Both the position numbers and the translations under genes were made by a program. Below are positions 25,601-41,200 of a stretch of DNA of 64,000 nucleotides, one piece after another (positions within the stretch are counted from its first letter, which is position 1; every line of letters starts with the position of its first letter). Source of the DNA: Auanema rhodensis (lineage: Eukaryota; Animalia; Nematoda); NCBI GenBank assembly GCA_964057225.1, contig CAXKVF010000074.1, positions 310,001 through 374,000 of the forward strand, given 5' to 3'. A model generated the notes under the pieces. It ran no database searches. It saw nothing but the letters and a program-made list of their open reading frames with translations, and was not told the DNA's origin.

Positions 25601-28600
25601 CTTGGTATGTAACTCGCTTCACGTGAAAGATAAAGAGATGCGGTTTTCAAAATTAGATTCCCCATGTCCATATTAGTCTAAAAACAAATTTGTATTGATA
25701 TTGGTTCATGGTAACCATGACTTTGAAATTTACGTGAACTTTAATTTATGCTAATTAAATGTACACGTGATGTGCACTTGGTATGTAACTCGCTTCACGT
25801 GAAAGATAAAGAGATGCGGTTTTCAAAATTAGATTCCCCATGTCCATATTAGTCTAAAAACAAATTTTTATTGATATTGGTTCATGGTAACCATGACTTT
25901 GAAATTTACGTGAACTTTAATTTATGCTAATTAAATGTACACGTGATGTGCACTTGGTATGTAACTCGCTTCACGTGAAAGATAAAGAGATGCGGTTTTC
26001 AAAATTAGATTCCCCATGTCCATATTAGTCTAAAAACAAATTTGTATTGATATTGGTTCATGGTAACCATGACTTTGAAATTTACGTGAACTTTAATTTA
26101 TGCTAATTAAATGTACACGTGATGTGCACTTGGTATGTAACTCGCTTCACGTGAAAGATAAAGAGATGCGGTTTTCAAAATTAGATTCCCCATGTCCATA
26201 TTAGTCTAAAAACAAATTTTTATTGATATTGGTTCATGGTAACCATGACTTTGAAATTTACGTGAACTTTAATTTATGCTAATTAAATGTACACGTGATG
26301 TGCACTTGGTATGTAACTCGCTTCACGTGAAAGATAAAGAGATGCGGTTTTCAAAATTAGATTCCCCATGTACATATTAGTCTAAAAACAAATTTTTATT
26401 GATATTGGTTCATGGTAACCATGACTTTGAAATTTACGTGAACTTTAATTTATGCTAATTAAATGTACACGTGATGTGCACTTGGTATGTAACTCGCTTC
26501 ACGTGAAAGATAAAGAGATGCGGTTTTCAACATTAGATTCCCCATGTCCATATTAGTCTAAAAACAAATTTTTATTGATATTGGTTCATGGTAACCATGA
26601 CTTTGAAATTTACGTGAACTTTAATTTATGCTAATTAAATGTACACGTGATGTGCACTTGGTATGTAACTCGCTTCACGTGAAAGATAAAGTGATGCGGT
26701 TTTCAAAATTAGATTCCCCATGTCCATATTAGTCTAAAAACAAATTTGTATTGATATTGGTTCATGGTAACCATGACTTTGAAATTTACGTGAACTTTAA
26801 TTTATGCTAATTAAATGTACACGTGATGTGCACTTGGTATGTAACTCGCTTCACGTGAAAGATAAAGAGATACGGTTTTCAAAATTAGATTCCCCATGTC
26901 CATATTAGTCTAAAAACAAATTTGTATTGATATTGGTTCATGGTAACCATGACTTTGAAATTTACGTGAACTTTAATTTATGCTAATTAAATGTACACGT
27001 GATGTGCACTTGGTATGTAACTCGCTTCACGTGAAAGATAAAGAGATACGGTTTTCAAAATTAGATTCCCCATGTCCATATTAGTCTAAAAACAAATTTT
27101 TATTGATATTGGTTCATGGTAACCATGACTTTGAAATTTACGTGAACTTTAATTTATGCTAATTAAATGTACACGTGATGTGCACTTGGTATGTAACTCG
27201 CTTCACGTGAAAGATAAAGTGATGCGGTTTTCAAAATTAGATTCCCCATGTCCATATTAGTCTAAAAACAAATTTGTATTGATATTGGTTCATGGTAACC
27301 ATGACTTTGAAATTTACGTGAACTTTAATTTATGCTAATTAAATGTACACGTGATGTGCACTTGGTATGTAACTCGCTTCACGTGAAAGATAAAGAGATA
27401 CGGTTTTCAAAATTAGATTCCCCATGTCCATATTAGTCTAAAAACAAATTTGTATTGATATTGGTTCATGGTAACCATGACTTTGAAATTTACGTGAACT
27501 TTAATTTATGCTAATTAAATGTACACGTGATGTGCACTTGGTATGTAACTCGCTTCACGTGAAAGATAAAGAGATACGGTTTTCAAAATTAGATTCCCCA
27601 TGTCCATATTAGTCTAAAAACAAATTTTTATTGATATTGGTTCATGGTAACCATGACTTTGAAATTTACGTGAACTTTAATTTATGCTAATTAAATGTAC
27701 ACGTGATGTGCACTTGGTATGTAACTCGCTTCACGTGAAAGATAAAGAGATGCGGTTTTCAAAATTAGATTCCCCATGTCCATATTAGTCTAAAAACAAA
27801 TTTTTATTGATATTGGTTCATGGTAACCATGACTTTGAAATTTACGTGAACTTTAATTTATGCTAATTAAATGTACACGTGATGTGCACTTGGTATGTAA
27901 CTCGCTTCACGTGAAAGATAAAGAGATGCGGTTTTCAAAATTAGATTCCCCATGTCCATATTAGTCTAAAAACAAATTTGTATTGATATTGGTTCATGGT
28001 AACCATGACTTTGAAATTTACGTGAACTTTAATTTATGCTAATTAAATGTACACGTGATGTGCACTTGGTATGTAACTCGCTTCACGTGAAAGATAAAGA
28101 GATGCGGTTTTCAAAATTAGATTCCCCATGTCCATATTAGTCTAAAAACAAATTTTTATTGATATTGGTTCATGGTAACCATGACTTTGAAATTTACGTG
28201 AACTTTAATTTATGCTAATTAAATGTACACGTGATGTGCACTTGGTATGTAACTCGCTTCACGTGAAAGATAAAGAGATGCGGTTTTCAACATTAGATTC
28301 CCCATGTCCATATTAGTCTAAAAACAAATTTTTATTGATATTGGTTCATGGTAACCATGACTTTGAAATTTACGTGAACTTTAATTTATGCTAATTAAAT
28401 GTACACGTGATGTGCACTTGGTATGTAACTCGCTTCACGTGAAAGATAAAGAAATGCGGTTTTCAAAATTAGATTCCCCATGTCCATATTAGTCTAAAAA
28501 CAAATTTTTATTGATATTGGTTCATGGTAACCATGACTTTGAATTTTACGTGAACTTTAATTTATGCTAATTAATTGTACACGTGATGTGCACTTGGTAT

Positions 28601-31330
28601 GTAACTCGCTTCACGTGAAAGATAAAGAGATGCGGTTTTCAAAATTAGATTCCCCATGTCCATATTAGTCTAAAAACAAATTTTTATTGATATTGGTGCA
28701 TGGTAACCATGACTTTGAAATTTACGTGAACTTTAATTTATGCTAATTAAATGTACACGTGATGTGCACTTGGTATGTAACTCGCTTCACGTGAAAGATA
28801 AAGAGATACGGTTTTCAAAATTAGATTCCCCATGTCCATATTAGTCTAAAAACAGATTTTTATTGATATTGGTGCATGGTAACCATGACTTTGAAATTTA
28901 CGTGAACTTTAATTTATGCTAATTAAATGTACACGTGATGTGCACTTGGTATGTAACTCGCTTCACGTGAAAGATGAAGAGATGCGGTTTTCAAAATTAG
29001 ATTCCCCATGTACATATTAGTCTAAAAACAAATTTTTATTGATATTGGTGCATGGTAACCATGACTTTGAAATTTACGTGAACTTTAATTTATGCTAATT
29101 AAATGTACACGTGATGTGCACTTGGTATGTAACTCGCTTCACGTGAAAGATAAAGTGATGCGGTTTTCAAAGTTAGATTCCCCATGTCCATATTAGTCTA
29201 AAAACAAATTTGTATTGATATTGGTTCATGGTAACCATGACTTTGAAATTTACGTGAACTTTAATTTATGCTAATTAAATGTACACGTGATGTGCACTTG
29301 GTATGTAACTCGCTTCACGTGAAAGATAAAGAGATGCGGTTTTCAACATTAGATTCCCCATGTCCATATTAGTCTAAAAACAAATTTTTATTGATATTGG
29401 TGCATGGTAACCATGACTTTGAAATTTACGTGAACTTTAATTTATGCTAATTAAATGTACACGTGATGTGCACTTGGTATGTAACTCGCTTCACGTGAAA
29501 GATAAAGAAATGCGGTTTTCAAAATTAGATTCCCCATGTCCATATTAGTCTAAAAACAAATTTTTATTGATATTGGTTCATGGTAACCATGACTTTGAAT
29601 TTTACGTGAACTTTAATTTATGCTAATTAATTGTACACGTGATGTGCACTTGGTATGTAACTCGCTTCACGTGAAAGATAAAGAGATGCGGTTTTCAAAA
29701 TTAGATTCCCCATGTCCATATTAGTCTAAAAACAAATTTTTATTGATATTGGTGCATGGTAACCATGACTTTGAAATTTACGTGAACTTTAATTTATGCT
29801 AATTAAATGTACACGTGATGTGCACTTGGTATGTAACTCGCTTCACGTGAAAGATAAAGAGATACGGTTTTCAAAATTAGATTCCCCATGTCCATATTAG
29901 TCTAAAAACAGATTTTTATTGATATTGGTGCATGGTAACCATGACTTTGAAATTTACGTGAACTTTAATTTATGCTAATTAAATGTACACGTGATGTGCA
30001 CTTGGTATGTAACTCGCTTCACGTGAAAGATGAAGAGATGCGGTTTTCAAAATTAGATTCCCCATGTACATATTAGTCTAAAAACAAATTTTTATTGATA
30101 TTGGTGCATGGTAACCATGACTTTGAAATTTACGTGAACTTTAATTTATGCTAATTAAATGTACACGTGATGTGCACTTGGTATGTAACTCGCTTCACGT
30201 GAAAGATAAAGTGATGCGGTTTTCAAAGTTAGATTCCCCATGTCCATATTAGTCTAAAAACAAATTTGTATTGATATTGGTTCATGGTAACCATGACTTT
30301 GAAATTTACGTGAACTTTAATTTATGCTAATTAAATGTACACGTGATGTGCACTTGGTATGTAACTCGCTTCACGTGAAAGATAAAGAGATGCGGTTTTC
30401 AACATTAGATTCCTCATGTCCATATTAGTCTAAAAACAAATTTTTATTGATATTGGTGCATGGTAACCATGACTTTGAAATTTACGTGAACTTTAATTTA
30501 TGCTAATTAAATGTACACGTGATGTGCACTTGGTATGTAACTCGCTTCACGTGAAAGATAAAGAGATGCGGTTTTCAAAATTAGATTCCCCATGTCCATA
30601 TTAGTCTAAAAACAAATTTTTATTGATATTGGTTCATGGTAACCATGACTTTGAAATTTACGTGAACTTTAATTTATGCTAATTAAATGTACACGTGATG
30701 TGCACTTGGTATGTAACTCGCTTCACGTGAAAGATAAAGAGATGCGGTTTTCAACATTAGATTCCCCATGTCCATATTAGTCTAAAAACAAATTTTTATT
30801 GATATTGGTGCATGGTAACCATGACTTTGAAATTTACGTGAACTTTAATTTATGCTAATTAAATGTACACGTGATGTGCACTTGGTATGTAACTCGCTTC
30901 ACGTGAAAGATAAAGAGATGCGGTTCTCAACATCAGATTCCCCATGTCCATATTAGTCTAAAAACAAATTTTTATTGATATTGGTGCATGGTAACCATGA
31001 CTTTGAAATTTACGTGAACTTTAATTTATGCTAATTAAATGTACACGTGATGTGCACTTGGTATGTAACTCGCTTCACGTGAAAGATAGAGAGATGCGGT
31101 TCTCAACATTAAATTCCCCATGTCCATATTAGTCTAAAAACAAATTTTTATTGATATTGGTGCATGGTAACCATGACTTTGAAATTTACGTGAACTTTAA
31201 TTTATGCTAATTAAATGTACACGTGATGTGCACTTGGTATGTAACTCGCTTCACGTGAAAGATAAAGTGATGCGGTTTTCAAAATTAGATTCCCCATTTC
31301 CATATTAGTCTAAAAACAAATTTGTATTGA

Positions 31331-34300
31331 TATTGGTTCATGGTAACCATGACTTTGAAATTTACGTGAACTTTAATTTATGCTAATTAAATGTACACGT
31401 GATGTGCACTTGGTATGTAACTCGCTTCACGTGAAAGATAAAGAGATGCGGTTTTCAAAATTTGATTCCCCATGTCCATATTAGTCTAAAAACAAATTTT
31501 TATTGATATTGGTTCATGGTAACCATGACTTTAAAATTTACGTGAACTTTAATTTATGCTAATTAAATGTACACGTGATGTGCACTTGGTATGTAACTCG
31601 CTTCACGTGAAAGATAAAGAGACGCGGTTTTCAACATTAGATTCCCCATGTCCATATTAGTCTAAAAACAAATTTGTATTGATATTGGTTCATGGTAACC
31701 ATGACTTTGAAATTTACGTGAACTTTAATTTATGCTAATTAAATGTACACGTGATGTGCACTTGGTATGTAACTCGCTTCACGTGAAAGATAAAGAGATG
31801 CGGTTTTCAAAATTAGATTCCCCATGTCCATATTAGTCTAAAAACAAATTTTTATTGATATTGGTTCATGGTAACCATGACTTTGAAATTTACGTGAACT
31901 TTAATTTATGCTAATTAAATGTACACGTGATGTGCACTTGGTATGTAACTCGCTTCACGTGAAAGATAAAGAGATGCGGTTTTCAAAATTAGATTCCCCA
32001 TGTCCATATTAGTCTAAAAACAGATTTTTATTGATATTGGTGCATGGTAACCATGACTTTGAAATTTACGTGAACTTTAATTTATGCTAATTAAATGTAC
32101 ACGTGATGTGCACTTGGTATGTAACTCGCTTCACGTGAAAGATGAAGAGATGCGGTTTTCAAAATTAGATTCCCCATGTACATATTAGTCTAAAAACAAA
32201 TTTTTATTGATATTGGTTCATGGTAACCATGACTTTGAAATTTACGTGAACTTTAATTTATGCTAATTAAATGTACACGTGATGTGCACTTGGTATGTAA
32301 CTCGCTTCACGTGGAAGATGAAGAGATGCGGTTTTCAAAATTAGATTCCCCATGTCCATATTAGTCTAAAAACAAATTTTTATTGATATTGGTGCATGGT
32401 AACCATGACTTTGAAATTTACGTGAACTTTAATTTATGCTAATTAAATGTACACGTGATGTGCACTTGGTATGTAACTCGCTTCACGTGAAAGATAAAGA
32501 GATGCGGTTTTCAAAATTAGATTCCCCATGTACATATTAGTCTAAAAACAAATTTTTATTGATATTGGTTCATGGTAACCATGACTTTGAAATTTACGTG
32601 AACTTTAATTTATGCTAATTAAATGTACACGTGATGTGCACTTGGTATGTAACTCGCTTCATGTGGAAGATAAAGAGATGCGGTTTTCAAAATTAGATTC
32701 CCCATGTCCATATTAGTCTAAAAACAAATTTTTATTGATATTGGTGCATGGTAACCATGACTTTGAAATTTACGTGAACTTTAATTTATGCTAATTAAAT
32801 GTACACGTGATGTGCACTTGGTATGTAACTCGCTTCACGTGAAAGTTGAAGAGATGCGGTTTTCAAAATTAGATTCCCCATGTACATATTAGTCTAAAAA
32901 CAAATTTTTATTGATATTGGTTCATGGTAACCATGACTTTGAAATTTACGTGAACTTTAATTTATGCTAATTAAATGTACACGTGATGTGCACTTGGTAT
33001 GTAACTCGCTTCACGTGAAAGATAAAGAGATGCGGTTTTCAACATTAGATTCCCCATGTCCATATTAGTCTAAAAACAAATTTTTATTGATATTGGTGCA
33101 TGGTAACCATGACTTTGAAATTTACGTGAACTTTAATTTATGCTAATTAAATGTACACGTGATGTGCACTTGGTATGTAACTCGCTTCACGTGAAAGATA
33201 AAGAGATGCGGTTTTCAAAATTAGATTCCCCATGTCCATATTAGTCTAAAAACAAATTTTTATTGATATTGGTTCATGGTAACCATGACTTTGAAATTTA
33301 CGTGAACTTTAATTTATGCTAATTAAATGTACACGTGATGTGCACTTGGTATGTAACTCGCTTCACGTGAAAGATAAAGAGATGCGGTTTTCAAAATTTG
33401 ATTCCCCATGTCCATATTAGTCTAAAAACAAATTTTTATTGATATTGGTTCATGGTAACCATGACTTTAAAATTTACGTGAACTTTAATTTATGCTAATT
33501 AAATGTACACGTGATGTGCACTTGGTATGTAACTCGCTTCACGTGAAAGATAAAGAGACGCGGTTTTCAACATTAGATTCCCCATGTCCATATTAGTCTA
33601 AAAACAAATTTGTATTGATATTGGTTCATGGTAACCATGACTTTGAAATTTACGTGAACTTTAATTTATGCTAATTAAATGTACACGTGATGTGCACTTG
33701 GTATGTAACTCGCTTCACGTGAAAGATAAAGAGATGCGGTTTTCAAAATTAGATTCCCCATGTCCATATTAGTCTAAAAACAAATTTTTATTGATATTGG
33801 TTCATGGTAACCATGACTTTGAAATTTACGTGAACTTTAATTTATGCTAATTAAATGTACACGTGATGTGCACTTGGTATGTAACTCGCTTCACGTGAAA
33901 GATAAAGAGATGCGGTTTTCAAAATTAGATTCCCCATGTCCATATTAGTCTAAAAACAGATTTTTATTGATATTGGTGCATGGTAACCATGACTTTGAAA
34001 TTTACGTGAACTTTAATTTATGCTAATTAAATGTACACGTGATGTGCACTTGGTATGTAACTCGCTTCACGTGAAAGATGAAGAGATGCGGTTTTCAAAA
34101 TTAGATTCCCCATGTACATATTAGTCTAAAAACAAATTTTTATTGATATTGGTTCATGGTAACCATGACTTTGAAATTTACGTGAACTTTAATTTATGCT
34201 AATTAAATGTACACGTGATGTGCACTTGGTATGTAACTCGCTTCACGTGGAAGATGAAGAGATGCGGTTTTCAAAATTAGATTCCCCATGTCCATATTAG

Positions 34301-35200
34301 TCTAAAAACAAATTTTTATTGATATTGGTGCATGGTAACCATGACTTTGAAATTTACGTGAACTTTAATTTATGCTAATTAAATGTACACGTGATGTGCA
34401 CTTGGTATGTAACTCGCTTCACGTGAAAGATAAAGAGATGCGGTTTTCAAAATTAGATTCCCCATGTACATATTAGTCTAAAAACAAATTTTTATTGATA
34501 TTGGTTCATGGTAACCATGACTTTGAAATTTACGTGAACTTTAATTTATGCTAATTAAATGTACACGTGATGTGCACTTGGTATGTAACTCGCTTCATGT
34601 GGAAGATAAAGAGATGCGGTTTTCAAAATTAGATTCCCCATGTCCATATTAGTCTAAAAACAAATTTTTATTGATATTGGTGCATGGTAACCATGACTTT
34701 GAAATTTACGTGAACTTTAATTTATGCTAATTAAATGTACACGTGATGTGCACTTGGTATGTAACTCGCTTCACGTGAAAGATGAAGAGATGCGGTTTTC
34801 AAAATTAGATTCCCCATGTACATATTAGTCTAAAAACAAATTTTTATTGATATTGGTTCATGGTAACCATGACTTTGAAATTTACGTGAACTTTAATTTA
34901 TGCTAATTAAATGTACACGTGATGTGCACTTGGTATGTAACTCGCTTCACGTGAAAGATAAAGAGATGCGGTTTTCAACATTAGATTCCCCATGTCCATA
35001 TTAGTCTAAAAACAAATTTTTATTGATATTGGTGCATGGTAACCATGACTTTGAAATTTACGTGAACTTTAATTTATGCTAATTAAATGTACACGTGATG
35101 TGCACTTGGTATGTAACTCGCTTCACGTGAAAGATAAAGAGATGCGGTTTTCAAAATTAGATTCCCCATGTCCATATTAGTCTAAAAACAAATTTTTATT
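31331..35200 (+). repeat. Tandem 11-monomer (1936-bp) higher-order duplication
   Basis: Variants at 31463/33399, 31623/33559 and 32662/34598 are all 1936 bp apart. Confidence 0.88.
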
Positions 35201-38200
35201 GATATTGGTTCATGGTAACCATGACTTTGAAATTTACGTGAACTTTAATTTATGCTAATTAAATGTACACGTGATGTGCACTTGGTATGTAACTCGCTTC
35301 ACGTGAAAGATAAAGAGATGCGGTTTTCAACATTAGATTCCCCATGTCCATATTAGTCTAAAAACAAATTTTTATTGATATTGGTTCATGGTAACCATGA
35401 CTTTGAAATTTACGTGAACTTTAATTTATGCTAATTAAATGTACACGTGATGTGCACTTGGTATGTAACTCGCTTCATGTGGAAGATAAAGAGATGCGGT
35501 TTTCAAAATTAGATTCCCCATGTCCATATTAGTCTAAAAACAAATTTTTATTGATATTGGTGCATGGTAACCATGACTTTGAAATTTACGTGAACTTTAA
35601 TTTATGCTAATTAAATGTACACGTGATGTGCACTTGGTATGTAACTCGCTTCACGTGAAAGATGAAGAGATGCGGTTTTCAAAATTAGATTCCCCATGTA
35701 CATATTAGTCTAAAAACAAATTTTTATTGATATTGGTTCATGGTAACCATGACTTTGAAATTTACGTGAACTTTAATTTATGCTAATTAAATGTACACGT
35801 GATGTGCACTTGGTATGTAACTCGCTTCACGTGAAAGATAAAGAGATGCGGTTTTCAACATTAGATTCCCCATGTCCATATTAGTCTAAAAACAAATTTT
35901 TATTGATATTGGTGCATGGTAACCATGACTTTGAAATTTACGTGAACTTTAATTTATGCTAATTAAATGTACACGTGATGTGCACTTGGTATGTAACTCG
36001 CTTCACGTGAAAGATAAAGAGATGCGGTTTTCAAAATTAGATTCCCCATGTCCATATTAGTCTAAAAACAAATTTTTATTGATATTGGTTCATGGTAACC
36101 ATGACTTTGAAATTTACGTGAACTTTAATTTATGCTAATTAAATGTACACGTGATGTGCACTTGGTATGTAACTCGCTTCACGTGAAAGATAAAGAGATG
36201 CGGTTTTCAACATTAGATTCCCCATGTCCATATTAGTCTAAAAACAAATTTTTATTGATATTGGTGCATGGTAACCATGACTTTGAAATTTACGTGAACT
36301 TTAATTTATGCTAATTAAATGTACACGTGATGTGCACTTGGTATGTAACTCGCTTCAAGTGAAAGATAAAGTGATGCAGTTTTCAAAATTAGATTCCCCA
36401 TGTCCATATTAGTCTAAAAACAAATTTGTATTGATATTGGTTCATGGTAACCATGACTTTGAAATTTACGTGAACTTTAATTTATGCTAATTAAATGTAC
36501 ACGTGATGTGCACTTGGTATGTAACTCGCTTCACGTGAAAGATAAAGAGATGCGGTTTTCAACATTAGATTCCCCATGTCCATATTAGTCTAAAAACAAA
36601 TTTTTATTGATATTGGTGCATGGTAACCATGACTTTGAAATTTACGTGAACTTTAATTTATGCTAATTAAATGTACACGTGATGTGCACTTGGTATGTAA
36701 CTCGCTTCACGTGAAAGATAAAGTGATGCAGTTTTCAAAATTAGATTCCCCATGTCCATATTAGTCTAAAAACAAATTTGTATTGATATTGGTTCATGGT
36801 AACCATGACTTTGAAATTTACGTGAACTTTAATTTATGCTAATTAAATGTACACGTGATGTGCACTTGGTATGTAACTCGCTTCACGTGAAAGATAAAGA
36901 GATGCGGTTTTCAAAATTAGATTCCCCATGTCCATATTAGTCTAAAAACAAATTTGTATTGATATTGGTTCATGGTAACCATGACTTTGAAATTTACGTG
37001 AACTTTAATTTATGCTAATTAAATGTACACGTGATGTGCACTTGGTATGTAACTCGCTTCACGTGAAAAATAAAGAGATGCGGTTTTCAAAATTAGATTC
37101 CCCATGTCCATATTAGTCTAAAAACAAATTTTTATTGATATTGGTTCATGGTAACCATGACTTTGAAATTTACGTGAACTTTAATTTATGCTAATTAAAT
37201 GTACACGTGATGTGCACTTGGTATGTAACTCGCTTCACGTGAAAGATAAAGAGATGCGGTTTTCAAAATTAGATTCCCCATGTCCATATTAGTCTAAAAA
37301 CAAATTTGTATTGATATTGGTTCATGGTAACCATGACTTTGAAATTTACGTGAACTTTAATTTATGCTAATTAAATGTACACGTGATGTGCACTTGGTAT
37401 GTAACTCGCTTCACGTGAAAGATAAAGTGATGCGGTTTCCAAAATTAGATTCCCCATGTCCATATTAGTCTAAAAACAAATTTGTATTGATATTGGTTCA
37501 TGGTAACCATGACTTTGAAATTTACGTGAACTTTAATTTATGCTAATTAAATGTACACGTGATGTGCACTTGGTATGTAACTCGCTTCACGTGAAAGATG
37601 AAGAGATGCGGTTTTCAAAATTAGATTCCCCATGTACATATTAGTCTAAAAACAAATTTTAATTGATATTGGTTCATGGTAACCATGACTTTGAAATTTA
37701 CGTGAACTTTAATTTATGCTAATTAAATGTACACGTGATGTGCACTTGGTATGTAACTCGCTTCACGTGGAAGATAAAGAGATGCGGTTTTCAAAATTAG
37801 ATTCCCCATGTCCATATTAGTCTAAAAACAAATTTTTATTGATATTGGTGCATGGTAACCATGACTTTGAAATTTACGTGAACTTTAATTTATGCTAATT
37901 AAATGTACACGTGATGTGCACTTGGTATGTAACTCGCTTCACGTGAAAGATAAAGAGATGCGGTTTTCAAAATTAGATTCCCCATGTCCATATTAGTCTA
38001 AAAACAAATTTGTATTGATATTGGTTCATGGTAACCATGACTTTGAAATTTACGTGAACTTTAATTTATGCTAATTAAATGTACACGTGATGTGCACTTG
38101 GTATGTAACTCGCTTCACGTGAAAGATAAAGAGATGCGGTTTTCAAAATTAGATTCCCCATGTCCATATTAGTCTAAAAACAAATTTTTATTGATATTGG

Positions 38201-41200
38201 TGCATGGTAACCATGACTTTGAAATTTACGTGAACTTTAATTTATGCTAATTAAATGTACACGTGATGTGCACTTGGTATGTAACTCGCTTCACGTGAAA
38301 GATAAAGAGATGCGGTTTTCAAAATTAGATTCCCCATGTCCATATTAGTCTAAAAACAAATTTGTATTGATATTGGTTCATGGTAACCATGACTTTGAAA
38401 TTTACGTGAACTTCAATTTATGCTAATTAAATGTACACGTGATGTGCACTTGGTATGTAACTCGCTTCACGTGAAAGATAAAGAGATGCGGTTTTCAAAA
38501 TTAGATTCCCCATGTCCATATTAGTCTAAAAACAAATTTGTATTGATATTGGTTCATGGTAACCATGACTTTGAAATTTACGTGAACTTTAATTTATGCT
38601 AATTAAATGTACACGTGATGTGCACTTGGTATGTAACTCGCTTCACGTGAAAGATAAAGTGATGCGGTTTCCAAAATTAGATTCCCCATGTCCATATTAG
38701 TCTAAAAACAAATTTGTATTGATATTGGTTCATGGTAACCATGACTTTGAAATTTACGTGAACTTTAATTTATGCTAATTAAATGTACACGTGATGTGCA
38801 CTTGGTATGTAACTCGCTTCACGTGAAAGATGAAGAGATGCGGTTTTCAAAATTAGATTCCCCATGTACATATTAGTCTAAAAACAAATTTTAATTGATA
38901 TTGGTTCATGGTAACCATGACTTTGAAATTTACGTGAACTTTAATTTATGCTAATTAAATGTACACGTGATGTGCACTTGGTATGTAACTCGCTTCACGT
39001 GGAAGATAAAGAGATGCGGTTTTCAAAATTAGATTCCCCATGTCCATATTAGTCTAAAAACAAATTTTTATTGATATTGGTGCATGGTAACCATGACTTT
39101 GAAATTTACGTGAACTTTAATTTATGCTAATTAAATGTACACGTGATGTGCACTTGGTATGTAACTCGCTTCACGTGAAAGATAAAGAGATTCGGTTTTC
39201 AAAATTAGATTCCCCATGTCCATATTAGTCTAAAAACAAATTTGTATTGATATTGGTTCATGGTAACCATGACTTTGAAATTTACGTGAACTTTAATTTA
39301 TGCTAATTAAATGTACACGTGATGTGCACTTGGTATGTAACTCGCTTCACGTGAAAGATAAAGAGATGCGGTTTTCAAAATTAGATTCCCCATGTCCATA
39401 TTAGTCTAAAAACAAATTTTTATTGATATTGGTTCATGGTAACCATGACTTTGAAATTTACGTGAACTTTAATTTATGCTAATTAAATGTACACGTGATG
39501 TGCACTTGGTATGTAACTCGCTTCACGTGAAAGATAAAGAGATGCGGTTTTTAACATTAGATTCCCCATGTCCATATTAGTCTAAAAACAAATTTTTATT
39601 GATATTGGTGCATGGTAACCATGACTTTGAAATTTACGTGAACTTTAATTTATGCTAATTAAATGTACACGTGATGTGCACTTGGTATGTAACTCGCTTC
39701 ACGTGAAAGATAAAGAGATTCGGTTTTCAAAATTAGATTCCCCATGTCCATATTAGTCTAAAAACAAATTTTTATTGATATTGCTGCATGGTAACCATGA
39801 CTTTGAAATTTACGTGAACTTTAATTTATGCTAATTAATTGTACACGTGATGTGCACTTGGTATGTAACTCGCTTCACGTGAAAGAAAAAGAGATGCGGT
39901 TTTCAACATTAGATTCCCCATGTCCATATTAGTCTAAAAACAAATTTTTATTGATATTGCTGCATGGTAACCATGACTTTGAAATTTACGTGAACTTTAA
40001 TTTATGCTAATTAAATGTACACGTGATGTGCACTTGGTATGTAACTCGCTTCACGTGAAAGATAAAGAGATGCGGTTTTCAAAATTAGATTCCCCATGTC
40101 CATATTAGTCTAAAAACAAATTTGTATTGATATTGGTTCATGGTAACCATGACTTTGAAATTTACGTGAACTTTAATTTATGCTAATTAAATGTACACGT
40201 GATGTGCACTTGGTATGTAACTCGCTTCACGTGAAAGATAAAGAGATGCGGTTTTCAAAATTAGATTCCCCATGTCCATATTAGTCTAAAAACAAATTTT
40301 TATTGATATTGGTTCATGGTAACCATGACTTTGAAATTTACGTGAACTTTAATTTATGCTAATTAAATGTACACGTGATGTGCACTTGGTATGTAACTCG
40401 CTTCACGTGAAAGAAAAAGAGATGCGGTTTTCAACATTAGATTCCCCATGTCCATATTAGTCTAAAAACAAATTTTTATTGATATTGGTGCATGGTAACC
40501 ATGACTTTGAAATTTACGTGAACTTTAATTTATGCTAATTAAATGTACACGTGATGTGCACTTGGTATGTAACTCGCTTCACGTGAAAGATAAAGTGATG
40601 CGGTTTTCAAAATTAGATTCCCCATGTCCATATTAGTCTAAAAACAAATTTTTATTGATATTGCTGCATGGTAACCATGACTTTGAAATTTACGTGAACT
40701 TTAATTTATGCTAATTAATTGTACACGTGATGTGCACTTGGTATGTAACTCGCTTCACGTGAAAGAAAAAGAGATGCGGTTTTCAACATTAGATTCCCCA
40801 TGTCCATATTAGTCTAAAAACAAATTTTTATTGATATTGCTGCATGGTAACCATGACTTTGAAATTTACGTGAACTTTAATTTATGCTAATTAAATGTAC
40901 ACGTGATGTGCACTTGGTATGTAACTCGCTTCACGTGAAAGATAAAGAGATGCGGTTTTCAAAATTAGATTCCCCATGTCCATATTAGTCTAAAAACAAA
41001 TTTGTATTGATATTGGTTCATGGTAACCATGACTTTGAAATTTACGTGAACTTTAATTTATGCTAATTAAATGTACACGTGATGTGCACTTGGTATGTAA
41101 CTCGCTTCACGTGAAAGATAAAGAGATGCGGTTTTCAAAATTAGATTCCCCATGTCCATATTAGTCTAAAAACAAATTTTTATTGATATTGGTTCATGGT

